Shown: positions 28,411 to 37,419, counted from the stretch's first letter. The stretch: DNA of 64,000 bases from an uncultured Lentisphaeraceae bacterium (GCA_964440985.1 CAYTWE010000001.1:16875-80874), one strand, 5' to 3'. Translations and numbers: made by a program. Notes: a model not told the origin generated them from the letters alone.

Positions 28411-28440
28411 ATTATATCACAAGATGCCTCTATTAGTCCA
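28411..28440 (-). promoter_or_regulatory. Candidate promoter of the nuoE-like operon within an AT-rich island: TGGACT-N18-(TGa)TATAAT
   Basis: Minus strand: aaTGGACTaatagaggcatcttgTGaTATAATttcaac. The 28375-28492 stretch is strikingly AT-rich (tcttttctttttttgaaataaagttgaaattatatcac) relative to the genome. Confidence 0.4.
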
Positions 28441-28492
28441 TTCCCCATGCTCTAAATGGCACTTTACTGCATTATCGGCACAATAAACTGAA

Positions 28493-28984
28493 TCAGCCCC
28501 ACATCCATGTAGCTGCCGAAACAATCAACGCGGAATACGCCGCCGACACCACGTCGTCGAACAGGACGCCATGCGCATTGTGTATGTTTCGGTCGATATA
28601 CCGCGCTCCAGGCAGCTTGATGGCGTCCAGTATGCGGAAGACCACGAACGCCGCCGCGAGTTGCCACCAGTGCGTGAAATTCACCGCAAACAGCGGCACG
28701 CAAAGATAGCCGACGATCTCATCGAGAACGAAGTGGCTTGGATCAGGATCGTTCCAGCGCTTCTGCGCCCACGGAGTGAGAATGTAGTGCACCGCGGAGA
28801 AGAACACCGCTCCCGCAAGGCACCAGATCCGGATGCACATGGGATCCCATTCGCGCCAGAACGCAAGTGCGTGCCACGCCAGACCGACAAGCGCCCCCAT
28901 GCTGCCGGGAACTATCGGCGAAAGCCCCAGCAAAAATCCGCTTCCAAGAAAAACCTTGATGAACTCCTTGGCGTCTGCCTTCAT
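28493..28984 (-). CDS. pgpA: Phosphatidylglycerophosphatase A
   Basis: LGSGFLLGLSPIVPGSMGAL, VLDEIVGYL and FRILDAIKLPGARYIDRN match PgpA signature regions. Start set at MKADAKEF (ATG 28984) with GAGGGAG 7 nt upstream. Confidence 0.75.
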   Translation of the reverse strand: MKADAKEFIKVFLGSGFLLGLSPIVPGSMGALVGLAWHALAFWREWDPMCIRIWCLAGAVFFSAVHYILTPWAQKRWNDPDPSHFVLDEIVGYLCVPLFAVNFTHWWQLAAAFVVFRILDAIKLPGARYIDRNIHNAHGVLFDDVVSAAYSALIVSAATWMWG

Positions 28985-29010
28985 CCATTTTCTCCCTCGC
29001 ATACCAAACA

Positions 29011-30057
29011 TCACGAACTGCGCCACACCCCATCGCCGGACATCTCCGCATCGTCCGTAACGGCTATCATCGGCCTTAAGGTGCGGCATCCAATCTCTCC
29101 AAGAGCCGCAGAGAGGCGCGAAAACTGGGCATCGTCCACATACGTGCCGACAATCGCCCCGCCTGAACCGGCGAACTTTGCGCTTGAGCCTGCATTTCTC
29201 GCCACGTTGACCATGCGCCTGTTTTCGTCCGACACGTCAAAGATTCTGTCCCTGAGATCGAAGTTTGCGTCTATGAGCGCCGGCAGTTCGCCAGCGCGTC
29301 CTGCAACAAGCGCATCGCGCCCTCGCTGGGCTATGTCCGCAAACTCCGTCATGGCGGAAAGGATGTCCGGCCGCCTCTCCTCAAACAGCCGCTTCACCTT
29401 CTTGTGCGCCTTGCCGGACTCTTCGGCGCGGTTGGGATCGTACGCCACATAGAGCTTCGGCAGGAGGGATACGTCAAGCCGCTCGTAGCGGCCATACCCG
29501 TGATTCTCGACGTATCTGCGGTCGAAGTCCATGAACACAAGGCCGTTGTACATCTGTATCACGCGATCCTGGTAGCCGCAGTTGATGCCAAGTTCGTCGC
29601 GCTCGGCCTCAAGGCACAGGGTGGGCGCATATTCCTCCGGAACCACGATGCCGTAGAACCTCATGAGCGCCTTCAGCATTGCCGTGCAGATTGCGCTTGA
29701 ACCGGAAAGCCCCACAAGGCGCGGCACGTTTATCCTGTACTCCGCCGTGAAGTTCCTCGCGGGTATGGCGATGCCACGCTCCATGCAGTACTCGAAGAAA
29801 AGCTTCGCGACGGCCTTCAGCATCCGTATGCCGCCGTAGTAGCCGAACGTGCGCAGATCGTGCACAAGCTGCTCCGGCGAATCGAACATGGCGTCGTCCA
29901 CCTCGCCCGGCACGAACCGCATCTTGGACGACTCGGTGAGCCGCAGATCCACGCCGAAGTTTGAGAACGCGAATGAAAGCGTCTTGCCGAAATATCCGTC
30001 GCTCGGATTCCCGAGAAGCCCTGCGCGGGCGAAGCTCCTAACCTTGACCGATTCCAT
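29011..30057 (-). CDS. GHMP-family sugar kinase of the glucuronokinase (GlcAK) subfamily
   Basis: RSFARAGLLGNPSDGYFGKTLS, GYYGGIRML, GLSGSSAI, GYQDRVIQMYNGLVFMDF and SSAKFAGSGGAIV track the conserved blocks of plant/bacterial glucuronokinases (as recalled from memory, not database-checked); 348 aa. Confidence 0.65.
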   Translation of the reverse strand: MESVKVRSFARAGLLGNPSDGYFGKTLSFAFSNFGVDLRLTESSKMRFVPGEVDDAMFDSPEQLVHDLRTFGYYGGIRMLKAVAKLFFEYCMERGIAIPARNFTAEYRINVPRLVGLSGSSAICTAMLKALMRFYGIVVPEEYAPTLCLEAERDELGINCGYQDRVIQMYNGLVFMDFDRRYVENHGYGRYERLDVSLLPKLYVAYDPNRAEESGKAHKKVKRLFEERRPDILSAMTEFADIAQRGRDALVAGRAGELPALIDANFDLRDRIFDVSDENRRMVNVARNAGSSAKFAGSGGAIVGTYVDDAQFSRLSAALGEIGCRTLRPMIAVTDDAEMSGDGVWRSS

Positions 30058-30799
30058 TGAACGCCTCCAGTGCCTTTAGATAGCCTTGCGGATTCCCGAT
30101 GTCCTGACGGTGTCCGCGATAGATGTAGCCGAACACCGGCTTCACAGCCATCATGCGGCGGATCGCGTCCGTCAGCTGTATCTCGCCGCCGTGTCCAGGC
30201 GTCTGCGTGGCAAGCAGACCAAAGATGTCCCCGTCAAGCAGATAGCGTCCGGCCACCGCCAGATTGCTCGGCGCATCCTCCTGCCTCGGCTTCTCGACGA
30301 GATCGACGAGCCGCGCCGACGCCCCGGCGGCAAGCGCGGCGTGGTCTTGCTCCACAGCGGCGATGCCGTACCGGCTCACCCTCTCTACCGAAACGCGCTC
30401 CATGCCGATTACGCTTGCACCGCCATTGGCCTCGGACACCGCCACCATTTCCCGGCTTGGGTTCGGGCCGGTCACAAGTGCATCGCCAAGCAGTATCAGC
30501 GTCCGTTCCGACGCGAAATCCGCCGCCTGCAGAACGGCGTGTCCCAGCCCATTCTGCTCACGCTGATAGACGAACCTGATGTCCACGCCGAAGTCCGGAC
30601 TGCCCTCGAAATATCTGCGTATTATCTCCTTGCCCTCGGATATGACCATCACCACGCAGTCCGCACCGGCCTCCACGGCCTCCTCGACTATGCAGTGGAT
30701 TGCGGGTTTCGCTCCTATCGGCAGCATCTCCTTCGGCACAACCCTCGTGACGGGCAGAAAACGTGTGCCCAACCCGGCGGCCGGTATTATCGCAGTCAT
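30038..30799 (-). CDS. Sugar-1-phosphate nucleotidylyltransferase (GalU/RmlA fold; NDP-sugar pyrophosphorylase)
   Basis: MTAIIPAAGLGTRFLPVTRVVPKEMLPIG (G-x-G-T-R-x-x-P-x-T-K motif). Start at ATG 30799 with GGAGGG upstream. One-nt gap to the upstream gene; 20-nt overlap with the kinase. Confidence 0.75.
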   Translation of the reverse strand: MTAIIPAAGLGTRFLPVTRVVPKEMLPIGAKPAIHCIVEEAVEAGADCVVMVISEGKEIIRRYFEGSPDFGVDIRFVYQREQNGLGHAVLQAADFASERTLILLGDALVTGPNPSREMVAVSEANGGASVIGMERVSVERVSRYGIAAVEQDHAALAAGASARLVDLVEKPRQEDAPSNLAVAGRYLLDGDIFGLLATQTPGHGGEIQLTDAIRRMMAVKPVFGYIYRGHRQDIGNPQGYLKALEAFNGIGQG

Positions 30800-30800
30800 C

Positions 30801-32072
30801 TCAGTCGTTCCCTCCGTCGCTCGCGAAGATCTTGGTGTCACCCACCCGAACACCATCCTCAAGGCCAAGCTCCTCCTCAAGCTTCTCGCCCGGACGTATC
30901 CCCGTGAAAACGATGTCTATGTCCTTGTACGGTCGCCACCCTGCCTCCTTTATCATGTCCTCCGCAAGCTTGAGTATGCCTATCGGCTCTCCCATGTCAA
31001 GCGTGTACACCTTCCCGGACTCAAGCGCGGCGGCGGAAAGCACAAGGCTTACCGCCTCCTGTACGCTCATGAAGTAGCGCGTCATCCGTCGGTCCGTCAC
31101 TGTCACAGGTCCGCCGGCGGCGATCTGTTCGCGCCAAAGCTCCACCACGCTCCCGGAACTTCCAAAGACGTTGCCGAATCTGACTACGGTGAACCCGGCA
31201 GCCAGAACGAACTTCTCGGCTTCACGCTTAGTGCGCCCCATGACGCTGCGCGGATGCACCGCCTTGTCGGTGGAGATGAACACGAACCGCTCCACGCCTG
31301 CATCCTTCGCGATCTTGACAAGCCTCTCCGTGGCGGCGGTGTTGTTGCGGAAGCCCTCCTCCGGATTCATCTCGACCATCGGCACATGCTTGTATGCCGC
31401 CGCATGAAGCACGATGTCGGGCTTCCACTCATCGAACAGCTCCCGCATCTTCGCCTCGTCAGACACATCGACCATGAGCGGAACGCATCGTCCGTCTCCG
31501 CCCATCTCATGGTCAATCCTGTACAGGACGTTCTCGCCTCGCTCGACCATCAGCACCTTCGCCGCACCGGCGCAGGCAACCTGCCTCACGATCTCGCTGC
31601 CGATAGTTCCGCCGGCCCCGGTCACAAGAACCGTGCGGCCGGCAAGGACAGGCGGCACCGGAAGGCTTGCCGCCGGTGTCGATGGACATACGGCAACCCT
31701 GTGCGCCTGGCGGAGAAACCTTACGCCGAGCGTTCCGAAGAACGCAAATACGGCATCTATCATCGTGACGGAATATGGCGGTCTCGCCCACGAAAGACCT
31801 GCGTTCGGCATCAGGGCGCGCATCCAGAGCAGCAGCGCCGCCGCAATGCCGAACGCCGCCACGTACTTCGGGATGTCCTTCGCGGCGACGCGCCAGCGCC
31901 ATGCGCGATTGAGACCGAACGCGGCAAGCATCGCCACCTGTGCCACGCATACGAATATCGACGAAATGCAGGCCGAACGCCATCCGGCGAGCGGCTCCTC
32001 AAAATTCATCCGTACGCAGAACGCCGCAGCATATGCGGCAAGAAGCACAGCGATGTCTATAACGGCGATCAT
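30801..32072 (-). CDS. Membrane-anchored polysaccharide biosynthesis protein CapD / NDP-sugar 4,6-dehydratase (PglF/WbpM type)
   Basis: N-terminal TM segments, then VLVTGAGGTIGSEIVRQ (Rossmann), YKHVPMVE (YxxxK) and STDKAV, typical of the CapD/PglF/FlaA1 family; 423 aa. Confidence 0.75.
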   Translation of the reverse strand: MIAVIDIAVLLAAYAAAFCVRMNFEEPLAGWRSACISSIFVCVAQVAMLAAFGLNRAWRWRVAAKDIPKYVAAFGIAAALLLWMRALMPNAGLSWARPPYSVTMIDAVFAFFGTLGVRFLRQAHRVAVCPSTPAASLPVPPVLAGRTVLVTGAGGTIGSEIVRQVACAGAAKVLMVERGENVLYRIDHEMGGDGRCVPLMVDVSDEAKMRELFDEWKPDIVLHAAAYKHVPMVEMNPEEGFRNNTAATERLVKIAKDAGVERFVFISTDKAVHPRSVMGRTKREAEKFVLAAGFTVVRFGNVFGSSGSVVELWREQIAAGGPVTVTDRRMTRYFMSVQEAVSLVLSAAALESGKVYTLDMGEPIGILKLAEDMIKEAGWRPYKDIDIVFTGIRPGEKLEEELGLEDGVRVGDTKIFASDGGND

Positions 32073-32087
32073 GGGCGACAGGCGGCT

Positions 32088-32702
32088 TTACGATCCCGGA
32101 TGGCAGGGCTTCCCGCCAGCCTTGCAGAGCGGACACTCGGACGGCTCCCACGTCACGGGCGTCATCTGCACGAGCGAAAACATCGGGATTCTGCCGAACT
32201 TGACCTTGCCGGAACTGCGGTCAACGAGAACGACGACGCCGGCCACCTTCGCGCCGGCCGCCTTCACGAGATCGATGGTTTCCTGGACGCGGCCGCCCTT
32301 CGTGACCACATCCTCCGCGACAACGTACCGTTCGCCCTTCTTGAGGGAGAACCGGCGCATGGCGAGCTTTGTGAGTGGCTTGCCCGCAGCGTCCTTGCTG
32401 TCGCCGTCCTGAACCTTCTCGGCGAACACGCACTTGACGTTGAGCGCACGGGCGACCTCGTGTCCGACGAGTATTCCGCCGACGGCCGGAGATATAACGC
32501 CGTCAATTCTCTTGCCAAGCTTGCCGCTCTTGACTGCACGGGCCGTCACCTCCTTGCAGAGCTTCTCCGCAATCCTGGGATAGCGCAGCACGTTGGCGCA
32601 CTGGAAATAGCGGTCTGAGTGCAGTTTTGAGCGCAGCTCGAAGTGTCCGGAGAGAAGAGCCCCCGTATCCTCGAAATACTTCATCACCTGTTTTTCTGTC
32701 AT
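32088..32702 (-). CDS. pyrE: Orotate phosphoribosyltransferase
   Basis: GHFELRSKLHSDRYFQCANVL.. and PRPP loop VVAEDVVTKGGRVQETI; 204 aa. Confidence 0.85.
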   Translation of the reverse strand: MTEKQVMKYFEDTGALLSGHFELRSKLHSDRYFQCANVLRYPRIAEKLCKEVTARAVKSGKLGKRIDGVISPAVGGILVGHEVARALNVKCVFAEKVQDGDSKDAAGKPLTKLAMRRFSLKKGERYVVAEDVVTKGGRVQETIDLVKAAGAKVAGVVVLVDRSSGKVKFGRIPMFSLVQMTPVTWEPSECPLCKAGGKPCHPGS

Positions 32703-33211
32703 TTCATTATCTCCTTGAGTACTGTGGAATTTTCTGCGGAAAGCATGTCGTCCCGGCTGAACATCTCCGGATGCGCAGCCGGGCTGCGCACGCTGGCCCC
32801 CGTTTTCCCGGGTTGCGCCCGGACGGCAAACGCCGCCACATCGCGCCCCATCGTGAACGGCAGAAGCGAATATGCCGCTGAGCCGGACGGCGGCAGTCCG
32901 ACGGCCGGCGGAAGGTGGTCATCGGCAGGCAGCTTCGCCACCACTTTGGGCATCGTCTCGTCGAGCAGCCCTATGCCGGAATCAAGACGCCCTATCGACG
33001 GACGGTTTCGCGCATCCCGGCGCACCTGCCACGGAGTGCGCACCGCGTCAAGACAGGCGGCATTCACGTCCGGCGACAGCGACACGAACGACGCAAAAGG
33101 CCTCATCCGCTCACTTGCGGACACAAAGGACAAAGGGACATTGTGCGGGAAGCGTGTGGCAAGAAACGCAAACACGATGAAGAGCAGAACTATGTATATC
33201 GCATCCCGCAT
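32699..33211 (-). CDS. Hypothetical membrane-anchored protein in the TonB/TolA position of an ExbBD-like operon
   Basis: N-terminal TM (IYIVLLFIVFAFLATRF). Pro-rich stretch LPADDHLPPAVGLPPSG. No recognisable TonB C-terminal domain. Overlaps pyrE by 4 nt (ATGA) and exbD by 1 nt. Confidence 0.45.
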   Translation of the reverse strand: MRDAIYIVLLFIVFAFLATRFPHNVPLSFVSASERMRPFASFVSLSPDVNAACLDAVRTPWQVRRDARNRPSIGRLDSGIGLLDETMPKVVAKLPADDHLPPAVGLPPSGSAAYSLLPFTMGRDVAAFAVRAQPGKTGASVRSPAAHPEMFSRDDMLSAENSTVLKEIMK

Positions 33212-33633
33212 CAGTCATGCTTCTCCGCGAGCTGGACGTTGACAATCCGCGCACCCTTGGCGATCGACATTACGCGCATGAGATCGCCGGACGGCACACG
33301 CTTGTCGGAAAGAAGCGTAAGAGTTCCGCATCGCGTCTCCGAAACACGTTCGTCAAGACGGTTCGAGAACTCCTCAGCGCTTGCCGGATCCGAAAGCACA
33401 TACCGTGCATCGTCGAAAAACACGAGTGTTCCCTCGGACTGTGCACCACCGGGCATTAGCAGCGCGACAAGTCCGGTCTGCGCAGTGTCCGCTATGTCCG
33501 AAACGGGAAGCTCCATGGACACCGCCGGCGCAGGCGCAAGTGTGCCGTAGAGAAGCGACATCATCACCATGACAAGCACGAGCGTAAGCCACGGCGCAAT
33601 CTGCACAAGATACCTGAACCACGCCATGTTCAT
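33211..33633 (-). CDS. Biopolymer transport protein ExbD/TolR
   Basis: Single TM near the N-terminus (WLTLVLVMVMMSLLYG), then an ExbD-like periplasmic domain; 140 aa; operon position after the ExbB-like gene. Confidence 0.7.
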   Translation of the reverse strand: MNMAWFRYLVQIAPWLTLVLVMVMMSLLYGTLAPAPAVSMELPVSDIADTAQTGLVALLMPGGAQSEGTLVFFDDARYVLSDPASAEEFSNRLDERVSETRCGTLTLLSDKRVPSGDLMRVMSIAKGARIVNVQLAEKHD

Positions 33634-34238
33634 GCGGATGTCTCCGTCAGCCTCGCAACAATGTCCCGTACCGTCGCGTCAAGGTCGGCGGCAAGATGCT
33701 CAAGCCGCGCTCGGAGAAGGGCATACAGCACATACACGAACACGGAGACAAGCAGACCTGCGGCGGCGCAGGCAAGCGCAGGCCCCATGAGTGGAACGAG
33801 ATCGGCGCGTGTCGCCAGCGTCTTTCCGGAAACCGCCGCCAATGCGCGGGCGAATCCGACCATCGTGCCAAACAGCCCCAGGAGCGGCGAGATCTGCGCA
33901 ACTGTCTGCAGCACCGACAGACGGCGCGAAAACCGGCGGGCTTCGGTACGCGCAGCGACTTCGGCGGCCTCCTTTATCGCGACAGCGGACTCGTGCCTCC
34001 GGCGGATGGCTGCCGCAACGACCCGTGCGACAGGCGTTGGAGTTTCATCGCATATCGCCAAGGCCTCGCGGTCGTTCTCCTTCGCCACAAGGTTGTCCAC
34101 ACCGGCCATGAAATCGACGTACACCACATGCGCCCGCCTCAGGTCGATGAACCTCATGAAGAAGATGCCGGCCGAGACAAGCCCCACAATCGCTATCGTC
34201 CACAACACCGGACCGCCAGAAAGCATTACGGATATCAC
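33630..34238 (-). CDS. MotA/TolQ/ExbB proton-channel family protein
   Basis: Three-TM topology with conserved C-terminal block LQTVAQISPLLGLFGTMVGFARAL..PALACAAAGLLVSVFVYVLY; 202 aa. Confidence 0.8.
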   Translation of the reverse strand: MISVMLSGGPVLWTIAIVGLVSAGIFFMRFIDLRRAHVVYVDFMAGVDNLVAKENDREALAICDETPTPVARVVAAAIRRRHESAVAIKEAAEVAARTEARRFSRRLSVLQTVAQISPLLGLFGTMVGFARALAAVSGKTLATRADLVPLMGPALACAAAGLLVSVFVYVLYALLRARLEHLAADLDATVRDIVARLTETSA

Positions 34239-36457
34239 CTTGCACCACCCTTCCTTTTAAGCGCCGCAATGCGCCGCTGCGCCTCACGCGAAGCCGGCAC
34301 GTCAGCATCCGCCACCCGTTCAAGCATTGCGATTGCGGCATTGGCGTTGCCCTCGGAATCATAATGATCCGCAAGCGCAAACGCTGCGCGGACGAAAAAC
34401 GTACGCGCCACTTCGCCGAACAGCATCCCCTTCGCACATCCTTCCGAATAGGCAAGCACCACATTTCTGTAATACTGCTCCATTGCCTTTTCCGTATTGC
34501 GAAGCTTCTCCATTGCGCGGCCGATCTTGAACGCAACTTCGATTTTCCGGTCGGGCGAAATGGCGTTGCCGTCCGGAAGCGCCCGGTACGCCGATATCGC
34601 CTCTGCGTAGCAGTTCGTGTCTCCGGCCCCCATGGCGTATAGCGCGTCCGCCTTCAGCACGGACGCCTTGACCGCGTTTGGACTGCCTGGCACCTGCGTT
34701 GCGGCGCGGTTGAACAGCTGCGATGCCTCCGCATATCTTCCAAGCTCCATCAAGGCCTCTCCCTGAACAAGCAGCGTTTCAGCAAAGAGCGTACGGTTCG
34801 TTCCGGATTCGCCGGCTGCCTTCGTCGCAAGCTCCACAGCCTTGGAATAGTCCATCAGCGCGGATGAGCATCGCGCCGCCCAAAGAAGCGCGGATGATGC
34901 ATTTGCGCCGCCGGGGCGGCGGGCCGCATACGTCTCGAAATACGAACGCGCATCCTCGTACTTCCCGTGGTTGTACTCGTATTTTGCGCACCACAGCATC
35001 AGATCGGTGCGCAGTTCCTCGCTTTTCGTGGATGCCATGAGGGATGTCGCCGTAGCCTTCGCATCAACGTCCATGCCCGCTCCGTACAGGCACAGAGCCT
35101 CAAGGAAGCGCATCTCGTCCGAAAGTTTCGGGTTGCGTTTCGCCACGGTTCCGAAATCTTTTGCCGCCTCTCCGAAACGGTATCCCCTGTAGCAGGCTCG
35201 TCCTCTTCCGAGATACGCCTCCGTGACATCCGCCTCGGCAAGACCGTTCGACGCTATCAGGCCGTCATACCGTTCAATCGCAATGCCGATGCGCCCTCTC
35301 CTTGCGTCGATTGACGCCAATCGCAACGCCGACTTCTCCCCCCATGGACCGCCCTTTTTCTCAAGTTCTCCATAGATTCTCTCGGCGCGTTCCATCTCGC
35401 CGGCGCGTTCAAGCGCATCAGCCTCCGAGAAGCGCATCTCTCCGGCATTCGCGCCGCCTAAGGCCGCCGCCCTTCCGTACGCCTCGGCGGCCTCCGCGTA
35501 ATGTCCATCCGCAAGGAACGACTCCGCCTGACCAAATGCCGCAGACGCCTTCATCTCCGCATTTGTGGCGGACTGCTCCGCACGCGAAAACGCCCCGACG
35601 GCTTCGGAATGTCGCCCAAGCATGAACAGCGCCCGCCCACGGCGGCTGAGAACTGCGAAATCAGTTGCGGCAGACGGGTCGATCTCAAGGTAGCGGCGGT
35701 ATTCGTCATCCGCACCGGCGGCGTCCCCGAGGGTCAGAAGTTTGTCTGCAAAGATCCGTGCGGACTGCACCGATACGCGCTCTCCAGGGTTCATGCGCAA
35801 GAGAGCGCGCACTCGCGCAACTCCAGTCGTACGCAGAGTCTCCTGCGCCATCTCCGCGAAACCAAGCAGATACCCTGCGCGAAGGCGTGATTCTCCGTTT
35901 AGACCATGTTCCGCAACCGGACGCAAAACCGCACACGCCTCCACGTTCTTTCCCGCCTCCGACAGCAGTTCGCCCTTCAGGAGCATCGCATCCTCTGCCG
36001 CCGGCCCGGTCCTGCCTTCAAGCGTCTCCGAAGAGATGAGCGCAAGCGCGTCGGAACGTCTGCCTGTCTCCGCAAGCATGTACGCCCTGAGGAACTTCAC
36101 CGGCAATGCGAGGTTCGAATCGGAGAAAGGCTCCTTCAATGTATCAATCGCCGCGGCAAAGTTACCCGCCCGCACCTGAGAACGCGCTCGCCAGAAACGG
36201 AAGCGTTCGCCGGTTTCATCCGTCCACAAGGAAAGTCGCCTGTCTATCTCCGCATCATTTCCGAGATGCGCCAAAGCCTCAAGCGACACAAGCCGAGCAT
36301 CAGTCCGCTCCGCCGCATTCCCGGCTGCGGCATCCGCCGCAGAAAGCGCCGTGCCCCACACTCCGTCCTTCAGCGCCTGCCGTGCGACATCAATGTCTCC
36401 GGCGGCAAAGACTGCCGCAGAGACAAGGCAAAGCACGGCTGCGACAGGCAAACTCAC
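34235..36457 (-). CDS. Periplasmic tetratricopeptide-repeat protein (740 aa)
   Basis: Signal peptide MSLPVAAVLCLVSAAVFAAG; long arrays of Ala/Leu/Tyr-rich TPR-like helices; 4-nt overlaps with era (upstream) and exbB-like (downstream). Confidence 0.7.
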   Translation of the reverse strand: MSLPVAAVLCLVSAAVFAAGDIDVARQALKDGVWGTALSAADAAAGNAAERTDARLVSLEALAHLGNDAEIDRRLSLWTDETGERFRFWRARSQVRAGNFAAAIDTLKEPFSDSNLALPVKFLRAYMLAETGRRSDALALISSETLEGRTGPAAEDAMLLKGELLSEAGKNVEACAVLRPVAEHGLNGESRLRAGYLLGFAEMAQETLRTTGVARVRALLRMNPGERVSVQSARIFADKLLTLGDAAGADDEYRRYLEIDPSAATDFAVLSRRGRALFMLGRHSEAVGAFSRAEQSATNAEMKASAAFGQAESFLADGHYAEAAEAYGRAAALGGANAGEMRFSEADALERAGEMERAERIYGELEKKGGPWGEKSALRLASIDARRGRIGIAIERYDGLIASNGLAEADVTEAYLGRGRACYRGYRFGEAAKDFGTVAKRNPKLSDEMRFLEALCLYGAGMDVDAKATATSLMASTKSEELRTDLMLWCAKYEYNHGKYEDARSYFETYAARRPGGANASSALLWAARCSSALMDYSKAVELATKAAGESGTNRTLFAETLLVQGEALMELGRYAEASQLFNRAATQVPGSPNAVKASVLKADALYAMGAGDTNCYAEAISAYRALPDGNAISPDRKIEVAFKIGRAMEKLRNTEKAMEQYYRNVVLAYSEGCAKGMLFGEVARTFFVRAAFALADHYDSEGNANAAIAMLERVADADVPASREAQRRIAALKRKGGAR

Positions 36458-37380
36458 ACCAACGCTCCCTTGTACCCCATTTCAGAAAGCAGCCTGTCGT
36501 TCTTCATCCAGTTCTGCTCAACCTTAACCCACAGCTCAAGGCGCACTTTCACGCCAAACATGTCTGAAAGCTCCGGTTCAGCGGCCTTTCGTGCGTACTT
36601 GAGCGTCCTGCCGCCTGATCCGATCACCATGCCCTTCTGCGACGGCTTGTTTACGTAGATCGCAACATTCACATCCCAAACGCCGTTTCGCTCAGAGATG
36701 TCCTTGACGGCCACACCAATCTCGTGCGGGATCTCCTGGAACAGCCGCGCAAGCAGCTTCTCTCGCACGACATCAGCAATGGCAAGCTTGCGCGGGTAGT
36801 CCGTCACTATGTCATCATCGAAAAGCGCCGGGCCTGGCTCAGCCATGCCATACAGCGCATCGGCGAGAGCGGCAAGCCCTTCTCCCGTCTTCGCCGAAAG
36901 TTTAATCCATGTCGGAGACACCCCGCAATCCCTGTGCGCCGCAGCCCAGCTGTCGTGATACATTGTCTCGAAGAACGGACTCTTGTCGCACTGATTCAGG
37001 ACGAAGATGCACTTTTCCGGCTTCTCGCGGGCTACACGCGCCATCCATCCTTCATCTTCCATCTGCGGCGCGTTTGATGCATCAAAAACGAGGCAAAGTA
37101 TGTCCGTACCCGCACTTGACGCCCTGGCCATGCCGTTAAGCAGACGTCCAAGCGGACCTTCCGCCTTGTGAAGTCCGGGAGTGTCGACAAGCACCAGCTG
37201 CCCACGCGGATCGGAGACAATGCCGCGCACCGTGTTGCGCGTCGTCTGCTCGACGGGTGACACGATCGACACCTTCTCTCCGACAAGGGCGTTGACAAGC
37301 GTCGATTTGCCGGCATTTGTCCTGCCGACGATGCCCACAATCGCCGCTTTTTTCTCACAGTTTTCTTCTCTGCTGCCCAT
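36454..37380 (-). CDS. era: GTPase Era
   Basis: AIVGIVGRTNAGKSTLVNAL (G1), DTPG (G3), NQCD (G4 variant) and a C-terminal KH domain; 308 aa. Confidence 0.92.
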   Translation of the reverse strand: MGSREENCEKKAAIVGIVGRTNAGKSTLVNALVGEKVSIVSPVEQTTRNTVRGIVSDPRGQLVLVDTPGLHKAEGPLGRLLNGMARASSAGTDILCLVFDASNAPQMEDEGWMARVAREKPEKCIFVLNQCDKSPFFETMYHDSWAAAHRDCGVSPTWIKLSAKTGEGLAALADALYGMAEPGPALFDDDIVTDYPRKLAIADVVREKLLARLFQEIPHEIGVAVKDISERNGVWDVNVAIYVNKPSQKGMVIGSGGRTLKYARKAAEPELSDMFGVKVRLELWVKVEQNWMKNDRLLSEMGYKGALV

Positions 37381-37410
37381 AGGCTGTCACCATTCTCCAA
37401 AACACTGGCG

Positions 37411-37419
37411 ATTATAGCA
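37411..37419 (-). promoter_or_regulatory. Extended -10 (TGCTATAAT) upstream of era, immediately after the acpP terminator-like hairpin/U-tract
   Basis: Minus strand: ..gtctcttttttgTGCTATAATcgccagtgttttggagaatggtgacagcctATG. Confidence 0.35.
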
